The notes beneath the pieces are model-generated. The model was not told the DNA's origin, made no database searches, and saw only the letters and a list, made by a program, of their open reading frames with translations. A stretch of 64,000 nucleotides of DNA, filler included, from Sanchytrium tribonematis (taxonomy: Eukaryota), in assembly GCA_018985235.1 (NCBI GenBank). It is 5 parts of 5 records of this genome, joined end to end, with 100 filler letters (N's around TTAATTAATTAA, not from the genome) between each part and the next. Parts side by side here need not be neighbours in the genome. Positions count along the whole stretch, not along the records: positions 1 to 12,934 come from JADGIG010000204.1; 4 more parts are not named here. One strand, written 5' to 3'. Positions 1-12,671 of the stretch are shown here, piece by piece; position 1 is the stretch's first letter; each line of letters opens with the position of its first letter. The position numbers were made by a program, and so were the translations under genes.

Positions 1-2732
1 GAATAAGAAAGGAATTAGTTCATAAATTCCTGAACAGTGACACCATGGAGACACCTCCGCTTGATGTAGAGTCTTCCGGTGATGAAGAGAACTCTGAAAG
101 CAAAGCCTTAATTGAAAAAAATTTGGGCTACGTGGAGGTCGAATCCTCATTATTTTGTTTGCGAAAGAACAATCCTTTGAGGCGCTTTTGCTTATACATA
201 TGCAGTCCTCATAATGGCAAAAACTACTTTGAATATGTAGTTCGGATTATGATTATATTGTCAATAATAGAGGCCGCTTTTGATACCCCAATTAATCGAT
301 TGAAGTCCTATATGGATAATCCAACTACAAATTGGACAATATTTCGATATTTTGAGCTGTATTTTATTATTTTCTTCTCTCTTGAATTTCTAGTTAAAAT
401 TTTGGCGTTTGGATTCATTTTCAACAAAGACAGTTACCTCCGCAATCCCTGGAACCGATTTGATTTTATTGTTCTGACATTGCAAATTATTGGTTTTTTG
501 GCAGACGCGCAAGACAGTACTGGTGTTGCTCGTGTACTAAGAGTATCAAAAGCAATAAGAGTTTTGCGAATTATTAACCAGTTTGAGGGTATACGTAAAA
601 TTTTTAGTTTCATTATTCTTGCATTTTCAAGGATTTTGGATGCATCGATACTCAGTCTTATTGTTTTTGTTCCTTTCGCTTTGTATGGAAATTATGTTTA
701 TTCTAATTTATTTAAAAGTTGCAACGACTCCTCTGTTAATTCGAAAAGTGATTGTGTGGGGGTTTTCCCAGTAACTTCTCAATTAGGAATTGATCTTTTA
801 GTGCCAAGAGTATGGAAAAATCATTATAGCCCTTATTATACATTCGACACATTTGCTACTTCGTTATTGACTATGTTTGTGTTGAGTACAAGTGAATCGT
901 GGACAGACATTTACAATTTGGGGAACAGTGTCGTTGGTTTGGATTTGCAACCCCAACAAAGTCTGGATCTCGATTTGTTTGCGACTTTATATTTTTTTTC
1001 GTTTATGATTATTGGAAGCTTAATTGTAGTAGATTTATTTGCTGGTATTATTATTCAAAATTTTTTAAATATTTCCGGCTTGGCATATCTTACTATAGAG
1101 CAAAGGCAATATATTGATCTGGTTAAACAGGTCAAACTTGTGAAGCCCACAGTCGTCCCTTCTAGGCCCATTAATCCATTTCAAGCTCGTTGTTATGATA
1201 TTTTAATTTCCAGAAAATATTCTTATTTTATCAACTTTACCTTGGGGTTAACTGTACTTGTGAGCATGGTTCAATATGCTTCCGAACCTCCTGTACTTCG
1301 TGCGATTCGTGAAAAAGGTCTGCTAACAATATTTACCATAATTTTTTTGGGCGACGTAATTATAAAATACAATGGCTTTGGTCCGAGAAAATTTATGAAA
1401 TCGTGGTGGAACATTTTTGACTGTGTTGTAATCAGTGGTGCACTGCTTACCATTATTTCTCAATTCTTTTTTACTGATGTTCCCTATGCATTGTCTATTG
1501 CAATTAGAGTTCTTGTATTAAGTTTGAGCTTTAAATCGGTGCAAAGGATTCCGGTTTTGACACAGCTTTTTAAAACAATTGTTGCTAGTTTAAGTCAAAT
1601 TTTGGATATGTTGGCGGTGTTCGCACTCCTTCTTCTTACGTTTGCTTTAATTTTCATTGAAATTTTTGGCTTGACTCGATTTTATCAGATCTATAACTAT
1701 GACGCTAACTTTCGAAATTTACCCAATGCGATGTTGCTACTCATGAGAATGATAACAGGTGAAAGTTGGCATCGTGTGATGAACGACTGTTTAATTGATG
1801 GTGAATATTGCACTGACCAAAGTGATAATTATTTGTTTACCGATTGTGGCTCAAAAATTTGGGGATTTGTTTTGTTTATGAGTTACTATATAATTTGCAC
1901 GTATGTGTTTGCTAATATGTTTGTGGTTATTGTCCTGGAGAATTTTTCATATTTTTACTCTGAGGATGTTAAATTTTCAGTCATTACAAGGGAGGACATC
2001 AAATTATTTAAATCGGCTTGGGCAATGTTTGACGAAAGAGGGAAAGGGTTTATTAGCGATAAGCAATTGATTCCGTTCCTGAGAACATTACGTGGCAGAT
2101 TAAGGGTAAGTCTCTATCCCGATAACCTTGCTGTAAGTAATATTAGTCATGAAATTCGAGATGTTATACCAAATTGGAAGGACTGGGAAAATGCCGACAT
2201 CGAAAGTGTATTTAGAATTGTCGAAAGATTAAGATTCCATTTTGACAATATTACAACAGAAGACTTGCAAGAATCTCGTAAAAAATTCAATCGAGTACAT
2301 ACTGAATGCATGATGCATTTGAGTGACAAGGGTATCCCCTTTACAGATGTTTTGACCATACTAATGAATCATGTGGTAAACGATCAAACATTTCTGCGAA
2401 TCGATGAATTTATAAAAAGGAAACAAGTTTTGGAAGAGATCGACGAAAAAATATACTTAGAAAAGGCAATAGGTATTTTAACAACGATAGTTCAAAAAAG
2501 AAAATTGTTTAAGCTCAAGTCAGGAACAACTCAAGTCAACATTCCCCAAATTGTCATTGATGATAACATGAGCACTAGGTCGCGGTCTTCAAATCCAGTT
2601 ACACAAAGTCCTTCAGCAAGCGAATGGTCAGACTCTGATGTAGAAGAAAATGATAATATAAACGAGAAACTGAAGCAAGGAAAGTGGTATGGGATATATC
2701 AGGAAGTTCGAAAGCGTAATAATAAAATTTAA
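1..2732 (+). CDS. CCH1: Voltage-gated Ca2+ channel alpha subunit, fungal Cch1-like; 5' partial (repeats III-IV plus C-terminal EF-hand-like tail)
   Basis: Frame open from position 3. Two 6TM repeats with S4 (RVLRVSKAIRVLRII), pore loops TSESWTD and TGESWH, YLRNPWNRFDF, SYYIICTYVFANMFVVIVLENFSY, WAMFDERGKGFI. Confidence 0.85.
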   Translation, partial: IRKELVHKFLNSDTMETPPLDVESSGDEENSESKALIEKNLGYVEVESSLFCLRKNNPLRRFCLYICSPHNGKNYFEYVVRIMIILSIIEAAFDTPINRLKSYMDNPTTNWTIFRYFELYFIIFFSLEFLVKILAFGFIFNKDSYLRNPWNRFDFIVLTLQIIGFLADAQDSTGVARVLRVSKAIRVLRIINQFEGIRKIFSFIILAFSRILDASILSLIVFVPFALYGNYVYSNLFKSCNDSSVNSKSDCVGVFPVTSQLGIDLLVPRVWKNHYSPYYTFDTFATSLLTMFVLSTSESWTDIYNLGNSVVGLDLQPQQSLDLDLFATLYFFSFMIIGSLIVVDLFAGIIIQNFLNISGLAYLTIEQRQYIDLVKQVKLVKPTVVPSRPINPFQARCYDILISRKYSYFINFTLGLTVLVSMVQYASEPPVLRAIREKGLLTIFTIIFLGDVIIKYNGFGPRKFMKSWWNIFDCVVISGALLTIISQFFFTDVPYALSIAIRVLVLSLSFKSVQRIPVLTQLFKTIVASLSQILDMLAVFALLLLTFALIFIEIFGLTRFYQIYNYDANFRNLPNAMLLLMRMITGESWHRVMNDCLIDGEYCTDQSDNYLFTDCGSKIWGFVLFMSYYIICTYVFANMFVVIVLENFSYFYSEDVKFSVITREDIKLFKSAWAMFDERGKGFISDKQLIPFLRTLRGRLRVSLYPDNLAVSNISHEIRDVIPNWKDWENADIESVFRIVERLRFHFDNITTEDLQESRKKFNRVHTECMMHLSDKGIPFTDVLTILMNHVVNDQTFLRIDEFIKRKQVLEEIDEKIYLEKAIGILTTIVQKRKLFKLKSGTTQVNIPQIVIDDNMSTRSRSSNPVTQSPSASEWSDSDVEENDNINEKLKQGKWYGIYQEVRKRNNKI

Positions 2733-2738
2733 TCTTTT

Positions 2739-3729
2739 ATGAAATGTAGAATTACAAAATTTCTGACCCTTGGAACAATGCAAACAACATTACCAATTAC
2801 AAAAGTATTCGCTAAGGCACCTGGCTTTCCACATTGGCCAGGGTTTATCACAGAAAATGCTCCCGACTATGTGTTCTCAGCGGATAAATCGAAGGAAGAT
2901 TATTTTTGTGTATTTTTTTTTGATTCATGGGATTATCAGTTATTTAAAAAAACAAGTAGCGACGTAGTTGAACATGTCAAAAATTCAAAGCTTACTATCA
3001 ACTGGGACGAAAATTATGACAAATTTTACAAAGCAAACAAATCTAGAAAGAAATATGTCGCTGCACTTGAACAAGGTCAAAATTGGACCAATGAGGAAAT
3101 TTATGCCAAACTAAGCAAAGTTGCTCAAAAAAGAGTAGCCCAAGATGAAAAAAGAAAAGAGGCGGAGGAAAAAAAGAAAATAGAAAAGAAACCTGCTGTG
3201 AAAAAGGCTGTAAAACGTAAGACCGAGATCGACTCAGCTTCGTCTTCTAAAAAGCCGAAGACCGCATCTCCTCTTGATAATCTAATCAAGACAAGAACAT
3301 ATTTGCATTCTAGACTTTTCACTCATCCTAATAATACAAATATTTCAATTGATAAAATTAAGGAGCAACTTATTATGCTTCGTGGATTGGATGTCAATTT
3401 TGATATATTAAAATCAAGCAAGATTGGCAAAATGATAAAAAGGATTTCAAAACTCACCGAGGAGAGTACGGCGAGAGATGGGCCGCCAAAAGCTCAAATT
3501 AAAGCCTTGACTGAAGGTGGTGTTATACAAGATTGCCAAAATCTCGTTCAGCATTGGACCAATATTTTAAGTACAATTGATTTACGTAGCACATCAAGGC
3601 GTGTCTGATGGTGAAGTCAAGGGAGATGCACAAATGAAAAATGCCGAAAGTTCGAAAATTGAGCGGTCCGACTCCACAGATGCACACGTAGATGCATTAG
3701 TGACTAATGTTAGATCTGTTGAAGTTTAG
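2739..3729 (+). CDS. PWWP + TFIIS-N(LW)-like chromatin protein; join(2739 or 2778..3570,3590..3729)
   Basis: VFAKAPGFPHWPG (PWWP); ILKSSKIGKMIKRI (TFIIS-N-like). A 19-nt intron gtacaattgatttacgtag (3571-3589) extends the frame to TAG at 3727-3729. Confidence 0.75.
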
Positions 3730-3805
3730 CATAGTAAATAGTATTATATCATAGTCTTGGAGCCGATTTATAAGATATTAAGGAGCGATTTTTCTAACAG
3801 TAATT

Positions 3806-3988
3806 ATGTTAAAAAGATTTTTAACCCAAGCTACGAAAGTCAGACTATCTACTAAGCCTTTGACAAAGGGCAACAAATTTGATGAAAGAGAAACCGCGGC
3901 AGAAAACAAATATGTAAGAGATCATGATAGAGAATTGCTAAAAAACTTGAAAAAAAATCAAGAGAAAGAAAAGAAGCCCAAGAAATAA
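3806..3988 (+). CDS. INH1: Mitochondrial F1Fo-ATPase inhibitor (IF1/IATP family)
   Basis: Basic presequence followed by KFDERETAAENKYVRDHDRELLKNLKK. Confidence 0.8.
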   Translation: MLKRFLTQATKVRLSTKPLTKGNKFDERETAAENKYVRDHDRELLKNLKKNQEKEKKPKK

Positions 3989-4091
3989 ATATTCACACTA
4001 GAAGAATCTTATGTCTGCTTGTCCACTTGATCAAATTGTCAAAGCATGTATTTTACAAAGTGGCGTATACATAGGCCGCGTATTTTTAGAA

Positions 4092-5457
4092 ATGGAACTT
4101 GTTCAAGCTATATTTTTGTTTATCTATATTGCGGTTATATTGGGATGTTCAATCTATATGCTTAAATTACGAAAGAAAACTTCATTCTTTCGTTACAGAT
4201 TTTGTTGGATCATCTTATTCCAGAACGTGATATTATCTCTTTCATTGATTGCCCTTTCTCGACCAGCAGTATTTGGAGAAGAAGCAAAGGATGGTGAGTT
4301 AGACCCAGTATTTTGTGAGTATATTTATTGGGTAAGTTATGGAATGATCCTAGTACCTGTAATATTACATCCTTTAAGATCTTGGACGTTTTACTTCAAT
4401 TATCAATCAAGCCGTGCAAAATTATTAGCCTCCACTGCAGATCCCTTACTTTTTCAACCTCTCAACGATATTCCATTCGTCAAACTAGACCTTCAATGGT
4501 TTCTGCTCAAGAAAAAATATGGACATTTAAAATATGCATCTACATTCTACGCTATATTTATCGCCATAACTTTTGGAATCTACATTGTTATTCGATATAC
4601 GACAGACGATTGGAGCGAATCGAGAGTCACTATAAACCCTAAATATTGTCCTATGATGACAGAAATTGATTTAGTGGCCGTTATTGGTGCAATCGGATTC
4701 ATTCTTAATTTTGTGATGACAACTCTGCTAAGTAAGTGCAGGGAAAACATTAAGTTGGAATTGGAAACGGGAATCGTAAATATCTCGATAATGGTCATGG
4801 TAGTTGTATACTTACTATCCCTATTTGAGAGTGTGAGTGAAGTTATCGACTGCGAGGATTTTCGTAGAGTGTGTCTTATTGTCGTAGCAGTATGCTACAT
4901 GGTTGGAAATACGCTTTTTCCACTAGTGTATTACTACTTTAAATTCAAAAAAGGACTTGCAGATGGCTCGGCCCTAAAAGAAAATTTGCAAAACGTGTTT
5001 AACAATCCTCAACTGAAGATGCAGTTTAAGGAATTTTTGGTTTCAGAATTCAGCGTGGAAAATTTTCTATTTTTGGAGGCCATTAAAAAGTTCAAGAAAA
5101 AATATGAGGGTGAAGTAGACTTGAACATAATTAGAAAAGGCGTTCAAGAGGTTTACTCTGAATTTTTTGCAAAAGTTTTAGTTGTTAACGTAGGATGCGC
5201 CTAATGGACTTAATGTGACTCATTTAATATCTAAACTTCTCAACATGAAGATGCGCGACTTGCAAAAAATGAATGCCCAGGATATGTTATCCCTTTACGA
5301 CGAAGCTTACGCTGCGATTGCATTTTTAGTTGAGAGTGATTCCCTTAGAAGATTTTTGGTAGGTAAAGATTTCTCCGCTCTTCCTGCCAGATCGGCAAAA
5401 TCCCTTAATAATATGACAAATTCCAAGAGTGTGATAAAATCATCAAATGTTGAATAA
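4092..5457 (+). CDS. 7TM receptor-like protein with C-terminal RGS domain (GprK/AtRGS1-like); join(4092..5174,5194..5457)
   Basis: About 7 hydrophobic segments, then RGS motif FKEFLVSEFSVENFLF. Removing 19-nt intron gttttagttgttaacgtag (5175-5193) gives FFAKDAPNGLNV and DSLRRF. An alternative upstream ATG lies at 4011. Confidence 0.8.
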
Positions 5458-5573
5458 ACAATTCGACATTTTTTGACATTTGAACCAAATTTTATTGCAA
5501 CACCCATGGGAAACAAGGTCAATCGCGGCTTTGGCCATTTCATTTCGCAAATTACAGCTGGCCAAAGTTTCAA

Positions 5574-7062
5574 ATGTGTAAAAGTTCAACTGATTTTATT
5601 AGAAATTATTTTCTTCAATATAGGCTATATAAAACCTTGAATGTATTTGAAAAAGAATTAGAGGACTTGTCACCAAGGCCAAAATTCTTGCAATTAGAAA
5701 CTATTTATGAACAATTAATGTATTTAGAAAATGAAAATATTAAAATACAAGAGGAAATGCGTCAGTGTGATTTCAGAATGAAAGAAAATGATCGAGTTTT
5801 TTTGGAGAACAAGAAAGAAAGAGATGTGTTCAAAATGTATCATGTTCAACTTACTCACGATAAACAGAAGAGTGAGAAGGAAGTCAAAAAATTAAAAGAC
5901 ACCATTGAAAATCTTGAGAATGAAATAACATCTTTGAAGAAAAAAGTCATTAAGTATGACCGAGAAAGACTAAATGCTTCAAGAGAACTTGAAAACTTAA
6001 AAGCTAAAGCAACAAGTGGGACTGAAATAAATGCACTTCCACCTCTCATCTCAGAAGGTGAAAAGGAAAAACCTGAAGTTGTTCCAATTGGAGTGGTACA
6101 GCAAACAAGTATTCCTAAAACACCCAAAAAATACTGGAGACAAATAAAAAGCATCAGAGCCCATATAAATGAAATCAATCAGCTTATAACAGATGGAGAA
6201 AATTACTTTTCGTTTTCAGACGATCAGACTTGGAAAAAATATGACATCAACTTAGAATTGCTACAAGAAGGTACAGGACATGAGGGCCATGTCACTTGTG
6301 GAACTATTTATATAACTGATCAGGTCGTTTTATTTAGCGCTGACGCATTAGGAATTATTAAAGTCTGGAATACAACTAACGCGGAATGTTTGCACACTTT
6401 TCGACCTACCAAAAATGAGATATGGACGATATCCTCTAAAAAAGAACATTTGATTTTTGGAAAAAATTATGGCTCCAGCCTTTGGGATATCAAAACTCTG
6501 GTGAATATAAAAGACTTTGACGGTCACACTGCAGCTATTACACATTTAGACTTTTTAGACAACAATAACTACTACTCTTGTAGTATTGACCGCCTACTTA
6601 TTTTGCAAGATATCCGTCAAAATTCGCCGTTGCAAACAATAGGGCATAAATTTCCCTTAATTAGTGGGCAACACTTTGAAAATATGTTGGTGGCTGCTGA
6701 CAATAGTGGAAATGTGTTCCGTTATGATCTTAGGTTTTTGAATGATTCAGTCGTAGGTAGCAGCCCCGCAAAATTATCTCAGTCAATTGATTTTGGAAAG
6801 CATGCCGTACACAAATGCCTGATTCAAAATGACCAAGAAAAAGACAAATTGGGAGTCTTATATGCGGCTTGTGACAACGGTTATGTGTACCCGTAAATTA
6901 TTCTCATAAAGGTATGATTTGCAGACTTGGAGAATGCTTCCAGCATTTAAACCGCACACTTCATCTTGCTGTGGTGTTTTAATGACTAAACAAGGAATTT
7001 TAACTGCAGGAGCCGATGGATATTTGACGTTAACTAGTAAACACCGTGATTTAAATTACTAG
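5574..7062 (+). CDS. SPAG16: Axonemal central-pair WD40 protein SPAG16/PF20-like; join(5574..6892,6912..7062)
   Basis: DFIRNYFLQYRLYKTLNVFEKE and KERDVFKMYH coiled coil resemble SPAG16; WD40 repeats follow. A 19-nt intron at 6893-6911 restores the last WD repeat (HTSSCCGV...LTAGADG). Confidence 0.7.
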
Positions 7063-7128
7063 CCAAATAAAATTTGTGTTTCAATTGAACTCTCTAAATT
7101 AAAGTGGCTTCTAAAACCAGTATCAATA

Positions 7129-10100
7129 ATGAAGAAATCGTTTCTATTGGGCTCTGCCAATAGCTTGAGAAACAGAAGTGCTTCTAATCCTGTGGAAATA
7201 TCGCTTGAAAAGGAAAAAAGAAAACTAGCTCGACCAGTCAAGGCTCTTTCCCCGGAGTCACGCGTAAATGTCAATGAAATGGATCTAATCAATATTCAGA
7301 TTATGATATTTTGCACGAAAACCAACATAGTTTTATCGGAAGAGAGTACGCTGGATGCTCTGTATGAAAAAATTTGCTTAAAAATCAAGACCTTGTTCGG
7401 AATATCTGTTGATGTGGCCGATATTGAGCTACAAACTAATGTTGGTGAGTCAATATCAGTAACAATTTGGGAGGAATTGAAGATTACCTTCCAACTATAC
7501 CTTCACGTTGCTTTCACAAATTCAACGGTTTTTAAATATATAATTCGAGAATATGATGTCTCCAAATATAACGATTTCATTCAAATCATTGCCAGAAAAT
7601 CTGGAGCAGACACTTATTTAACTTTAGCTATTGTATTTCCTAACAAGGAAAGGGCGGTAGTTTTTACACCTCGTGATTCGGCTATTGATAAAATTTTGGA
7701 AGACGGATTGAAAGCTGGTAGATCTCTGTATGACTTTCAAGGCAAAAAATTTGAATATGGACTATCTTTGAAGTCTGAGGGGCATGTTCTAGCGCCAACA
7801 ATAAAACTGAGAGATTTAAAGCATGTTTTGGCATTCAGTGATGATGGTCAATGTCCAGAATTGTATTTACAAAAAATTGCGAGAGTTAGAAAAGACGCCA
7901 TAGATCTTATGATCAATGTCCCTAATCCGCAAATGATATTGTCAAACCAGGAAAGTTTTGACGAAAAGAAAGATGACAAAATCCCAAAAAAGTCTACTCA
8001 AAATCAAACTTCCCAGAAAGCTCGATCAATTTTTTCACTCAATGAAGAGACTGATGAAATTCAACCTATTCCATTTTTTGTTGAATTTATAATACCGAAA
8101 TATAAAAATTTACAGGTTTTGTGTAATACTGGTTGGACTTTACAAGAACTTCGCAATAAGATCGAAAAAACAGCTAAAGATAAGCTGAATGTTCATTTGA
8201 ACTGCGGGGGATATAATTTTGAAATAGAAGGACGGTCAATTACTGAGCAATTCCTTCACCAAAATTCGGACATTAAGAAACTTGTCTCGACTGGAAAAAA
8301 ATTTGCCATTTGTTTAGTGAAAAAAGAACTGTATTTGTTTCCTTCTTTCAAGGACCGAAAACTTGAGAGAAGGGTTTCTGAGTCTGATTTAAAGCAAAAA
8401 ACTAATCTCCGCTCCGGTATTTCCGATTCTGGTATACAAGTCTTAGAAAGTGACAGACAAAAAATTTGGAAAGACCTTTGCAAACTAGTTAGAAGTCGTT
8501 CACCTTTCATTGGACTGCGCGATACTTTTATAGAATCTCAATACGACAAATTGGAAAATAAGCCTGTGGCATTTTTTGATGTCCGGGCTACTTTTATGTT
8601 TGAAGAGTCTTTTGATGTTCTTCAAGCCTCTGAAAAAGAAAACGATCTCGATTTTGAAAATTTGGATATTGAAGAATTGATTTCCGCTGTTAAATTTGTT
8701 CAAATTAATCTACTTGGTCAAATACCATTTAATCTGCCCTTGGACGAAATTTTGACTGAAGAAGATGTGAGAAAGAAAGCTATCCTGAAAATCAGCAAAT
8801 TGCTATCACAATCGCTCGATAAAGAAGATTTAAAATTATTCACCTCAACTGGAGTAGAATTTATGCCGTTTGAAGTCTTGATAGATAATCCATATGTTTT
8901 GTCTTGCCTAAAAGAGCAAAACATCCCTAACTTACTGATAAGCACTAAGAACAGTAATATAATTCTAGAGGAACATGTCCGAAATGTCAAAAGTATTGTA
9001 TACGTACCTGAAAAGAAAAAGTCTCAGGACTCACTAGATTTAATAGACGACTCTGATGCACGTTATGATCGTATTCTGGATACTAAAAAGTTGCTAGTCA
9101 AAGTCCAACTACCTATGAAAATTCACACTAATTTAATATTGAGCAAATATTCGGAATTTTTTGTCATACTTGAAAAGTCTAATGCAAAGATCATATCACT
9201 TTTGGGGCAGAACATAGAGATTGATAATTTAGATATTGTTGGGGAATATGGAAATGAAGTATTCGACGTCGACCAAAAAGTTTTAGAAAGTCAATATGTT
9301 CGAAATTGTATAAAGCACAATATCGATCCTTCCTTCGTGGTTAAACTCAAAGATTCTTCAAAAGTTAAACCCGAAATTAGAGATATATTTAATAACAAAT
9401 TTATCGAAGTAGAAGATGAGAAAGGACTACAACAACAGAGCAGGCTTAAGGGAACTTTAATGAGGCCTGCTGAAGTAATTGAAACTTCTCAAAAGCCAAT
9501 TACGGTTGAATCAATTGCAAAAGATGTTGAAAAAACCCAAGTGCTTGGCATGAAAAAAGGCACCAACAAATCACCAGTATCGTATTTGATGAGAAAAGTG
9601 GAAAAGCGTGGCGAAAGTAGCAAGAGTTTGGACGAATTAACCACCACAAAAATTTTCATTCGCGATGAGAATGGAGAGGAAATTACACAAATCAGTATAG
9701 ATACCTTTATTACTGTTGGCGAAATTAAAAAATTTGCCGTTACAAAATTGGACTCTAGCAACAAAGCAGGAGTTTTTGTATTTAAGTTCTACAATGGCGT
9801 TCAGTATGTAGAATTGTTTGACGAGCTTCAGGTCCTTCAGACTACCAGTATTTATAAATTAAACCGTGACAATATAGTTCTAGTTTTGATTGAGAAAAAA
9901 CAACACGTCATTGGACCAACGGAGAAAAAAATAGCGAGTTTATTGGGAGTCGGTTACAGAAAGTATGAATTATTTAGAAGTGATGTTTACCCCATACTTC
10001 GTCGAAGGCTATTAAGTTTGTGTAAAAAGATGCAAGAGCGAAGGGATCTTTCTATATATCATTTAAGTCCAGAGGTTGATTTTTCTCCCTTACCTAGCTA

Positions 10101-12665
10101 TTTACAAAAACTATTAAAGGAAAATCCTGTTATTACTTTAAGAATATTTTCTTCTTCAGGTCCGGGAAGTTTTAAGACAATAACTTGCACCCCATTTGAA
10201 AAACCGACAGATGTAATTTTAAAATTTATCTCAAAATCTAGCGCCAAAGAAACAGATGCGGTGATCGTTGATCCCAGCAATTACATTTTAAAAAGTATTT
10301 TGAATGGTGAGTTTATCTTTGGAGATTATCCCTTAATAAGTTTTAGTTTCTTCAAAAATGAGATATTTAAGGGTAAAAAACTAATTGAACTTGTGATCAA
10401 GACTAGAGGTGTTCAAGAAACTTTGCCTTCGAACATAACAGAAGACCTGGTTGATGAGTCGAAGCCATATATTTCCGAACATAGAGCCCTTTCTATAGCT
10501 GGAAGAGAAATTTCAGATGTCAAAATTTTATCACAATGGGATATATTTAAAGATTTTAGGTTAAAACTTTTGAATATTGAAAATCTGATTATTAAAGACG
10601 CAAGTATAACGGATATACATATAAATTGCGGAATTTATTTTGGGGGTGAGGAATTATGCCCTTCTTTTGATACAAGCAGCATTAGTTTCAAAACAAATAC
10701 AAGCTTCAATATGTGGATAAATTTTGATATCTTCACTGCGAATATTCCAAAAAATGCGAGAATCTGTATTACTGTTTATGGGAAAACAAGTAAGAAGCAA
10801 GATCAGGATATTGTTGCTTTAGGTTGGGTAAACGTACTGCTTGTAGACTTTAGAAGTCATTTACTGCAAGGTAAGCAGTCATATAGACTGTGGCCACACG
10901 AAAAAGGAAATCCGATTGGAACAATATTTACAAGCAACGATAAAGATCATCCGCTATTGCATGTGAAGTTTCAAGATTATTCAGCTCCCGTCGTTTGTCC
11001 AGATTGCATACAGGAAAAAGACGAAAAGGCGGTTGAAGTTAGTGAAGATACTCGTTTTGCCATTGAACCCAAAGATATAAAAGAGCTTGACCGCATCTTA
11101 AATCTAGACCCTCTGTCAAGATTAACAGAGGAGGAGAAGTCTTTAGTCTGGAGGTATAGATATTGCATCATAGACCAGACCGAATCTTTACCAAAATTAA
11201 TTAGATCAACGCAGTGGAATGACCTTAATTCTGTATTAGAAATGAAAAGACTTTTGAAATTGTATTCTGACATTCCAATTGATGTGGCACTTGGCTTGTT
11301 AGATTCATATGTAAGCGATTCGGATATTAGAACATTTGCTGTTTTGAACTTAGAGAAGCAGCTTGGGGATTACCAATTGGTTGATTTAATGCTTCAATTG
11401 ACTCAAGCTTTAAAATATGAGCCCCGCTTGGATTCGGAGCTCGCGCGATTTTTGCTTAAGAGAGCTGTTTTAAACAAAAGCATTGGACATAGATTTTTTT
11501 GGTACTTGAAAGCTGATATCCATAGGCCTGATGTCTCCACTTTATTTGCGATTCTAATTGAATCATATTTACTTGCTTCTCCAGATCATATGGAAGAGCT
11601 TATAAGACAGAACATTTTGCTGAAACAGATGGACGATACTGCCTTAGCAGTGAAAAAAGCTCTTACCGCCGAACGTGGAAGAGTCCTGAAAAATATGCTA
11701 GGAGGATTAAAGCTCGACTCCGGTTTTGCGTTGCCATTAAATCCAAAATTGTCTTGTTCAGGTATCAATCTTAAAAAATGCAAAGTCATGGATTCTAAAA
11801 AATTGCCTCTATGGATCGTTTTTGACAATTTTGAAAGATATGGAGAAGAAATACCAATCATATATAAAAGCGGGGATGACCTACGACAAGACATGTTAAC
11901 CCTGCAGATGCTAAGGCTGATGGAAAAGATATGGCATAGTGAAGGATTGGATATGAGACTCGCACCATACGGTTGCCTCTCTACAGGTCCCGATATGGGG
12001 TTGATCGAAGTGGTAAAAAATTCTTCCACTGTCAGCGGCATTCAATTGAGTCTAGGTGGTAGTACTGCTGCATTTAAAGAAGACGTGCTTGACCAATGGC
12101 TAAGGACTCAAAATCCTGAAGAAGCAGACTACGCTAAGGCTGTGGAAATGTTTACATTGAGTTGTGCTGGATACTGCGTGGCAACATACTGTCTTGGAAT
12201 CGGAGACAGACACAATGACAATATCATGTTGTCAAAAGATGGTAGACTGTTTCACATTGATTTTGGACATTTTCTTGGAAACATTAAGCGAAAATTTGGA
12301 ATAAAGCGCGAGAGAGCTCCATTTGTCCTAACTCCTGATTTTGTTCTGATCATTGGGAAGAAAGACAGCCCGAATTTTCAGAGATTTTTGGATTTGTGTA
12401 TTCGTGCGTATATCATAATAAGGCGGCAAGCCAACATGTTTATTAATTTATTTGCAATGGTATTTTTTGTCTTATTTAGATGATCTCCACGGGCATTCCG
12501 GAGTTGAAATCTATTGAGGATATAGATTATTTAAAGGAAGCTTTCAGTCTCGGTTTGAATGAGGAAGAGGCAGCCGAAAGCTTCAAAAATCTAATATTCG
12601 AGAGCTTGAGGCTGGGATGGTCAACGCAACTAAATTGGTATGTCCACAACCTGGCTCACAAATAA
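7129..12665 (+). CDS. Class I-type phosphoinositide 3-kinase catalytic subunit with long N-terminal extension; join(7129..12459,12480..12665)
   Basis: ABD/RBD-like, C2, helical and kinase domains; KSGDDLRQDMLTLQ, GIGDRHNDNIM, FHIDFGHFLG, KRKFGIKRERAPF. A 20-nt intron at 12460-12479 gives FAMMISTGIPEL...NWYVHNL. Confidence 0.9.
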
Positions 12666-12671
12666 AATCGT

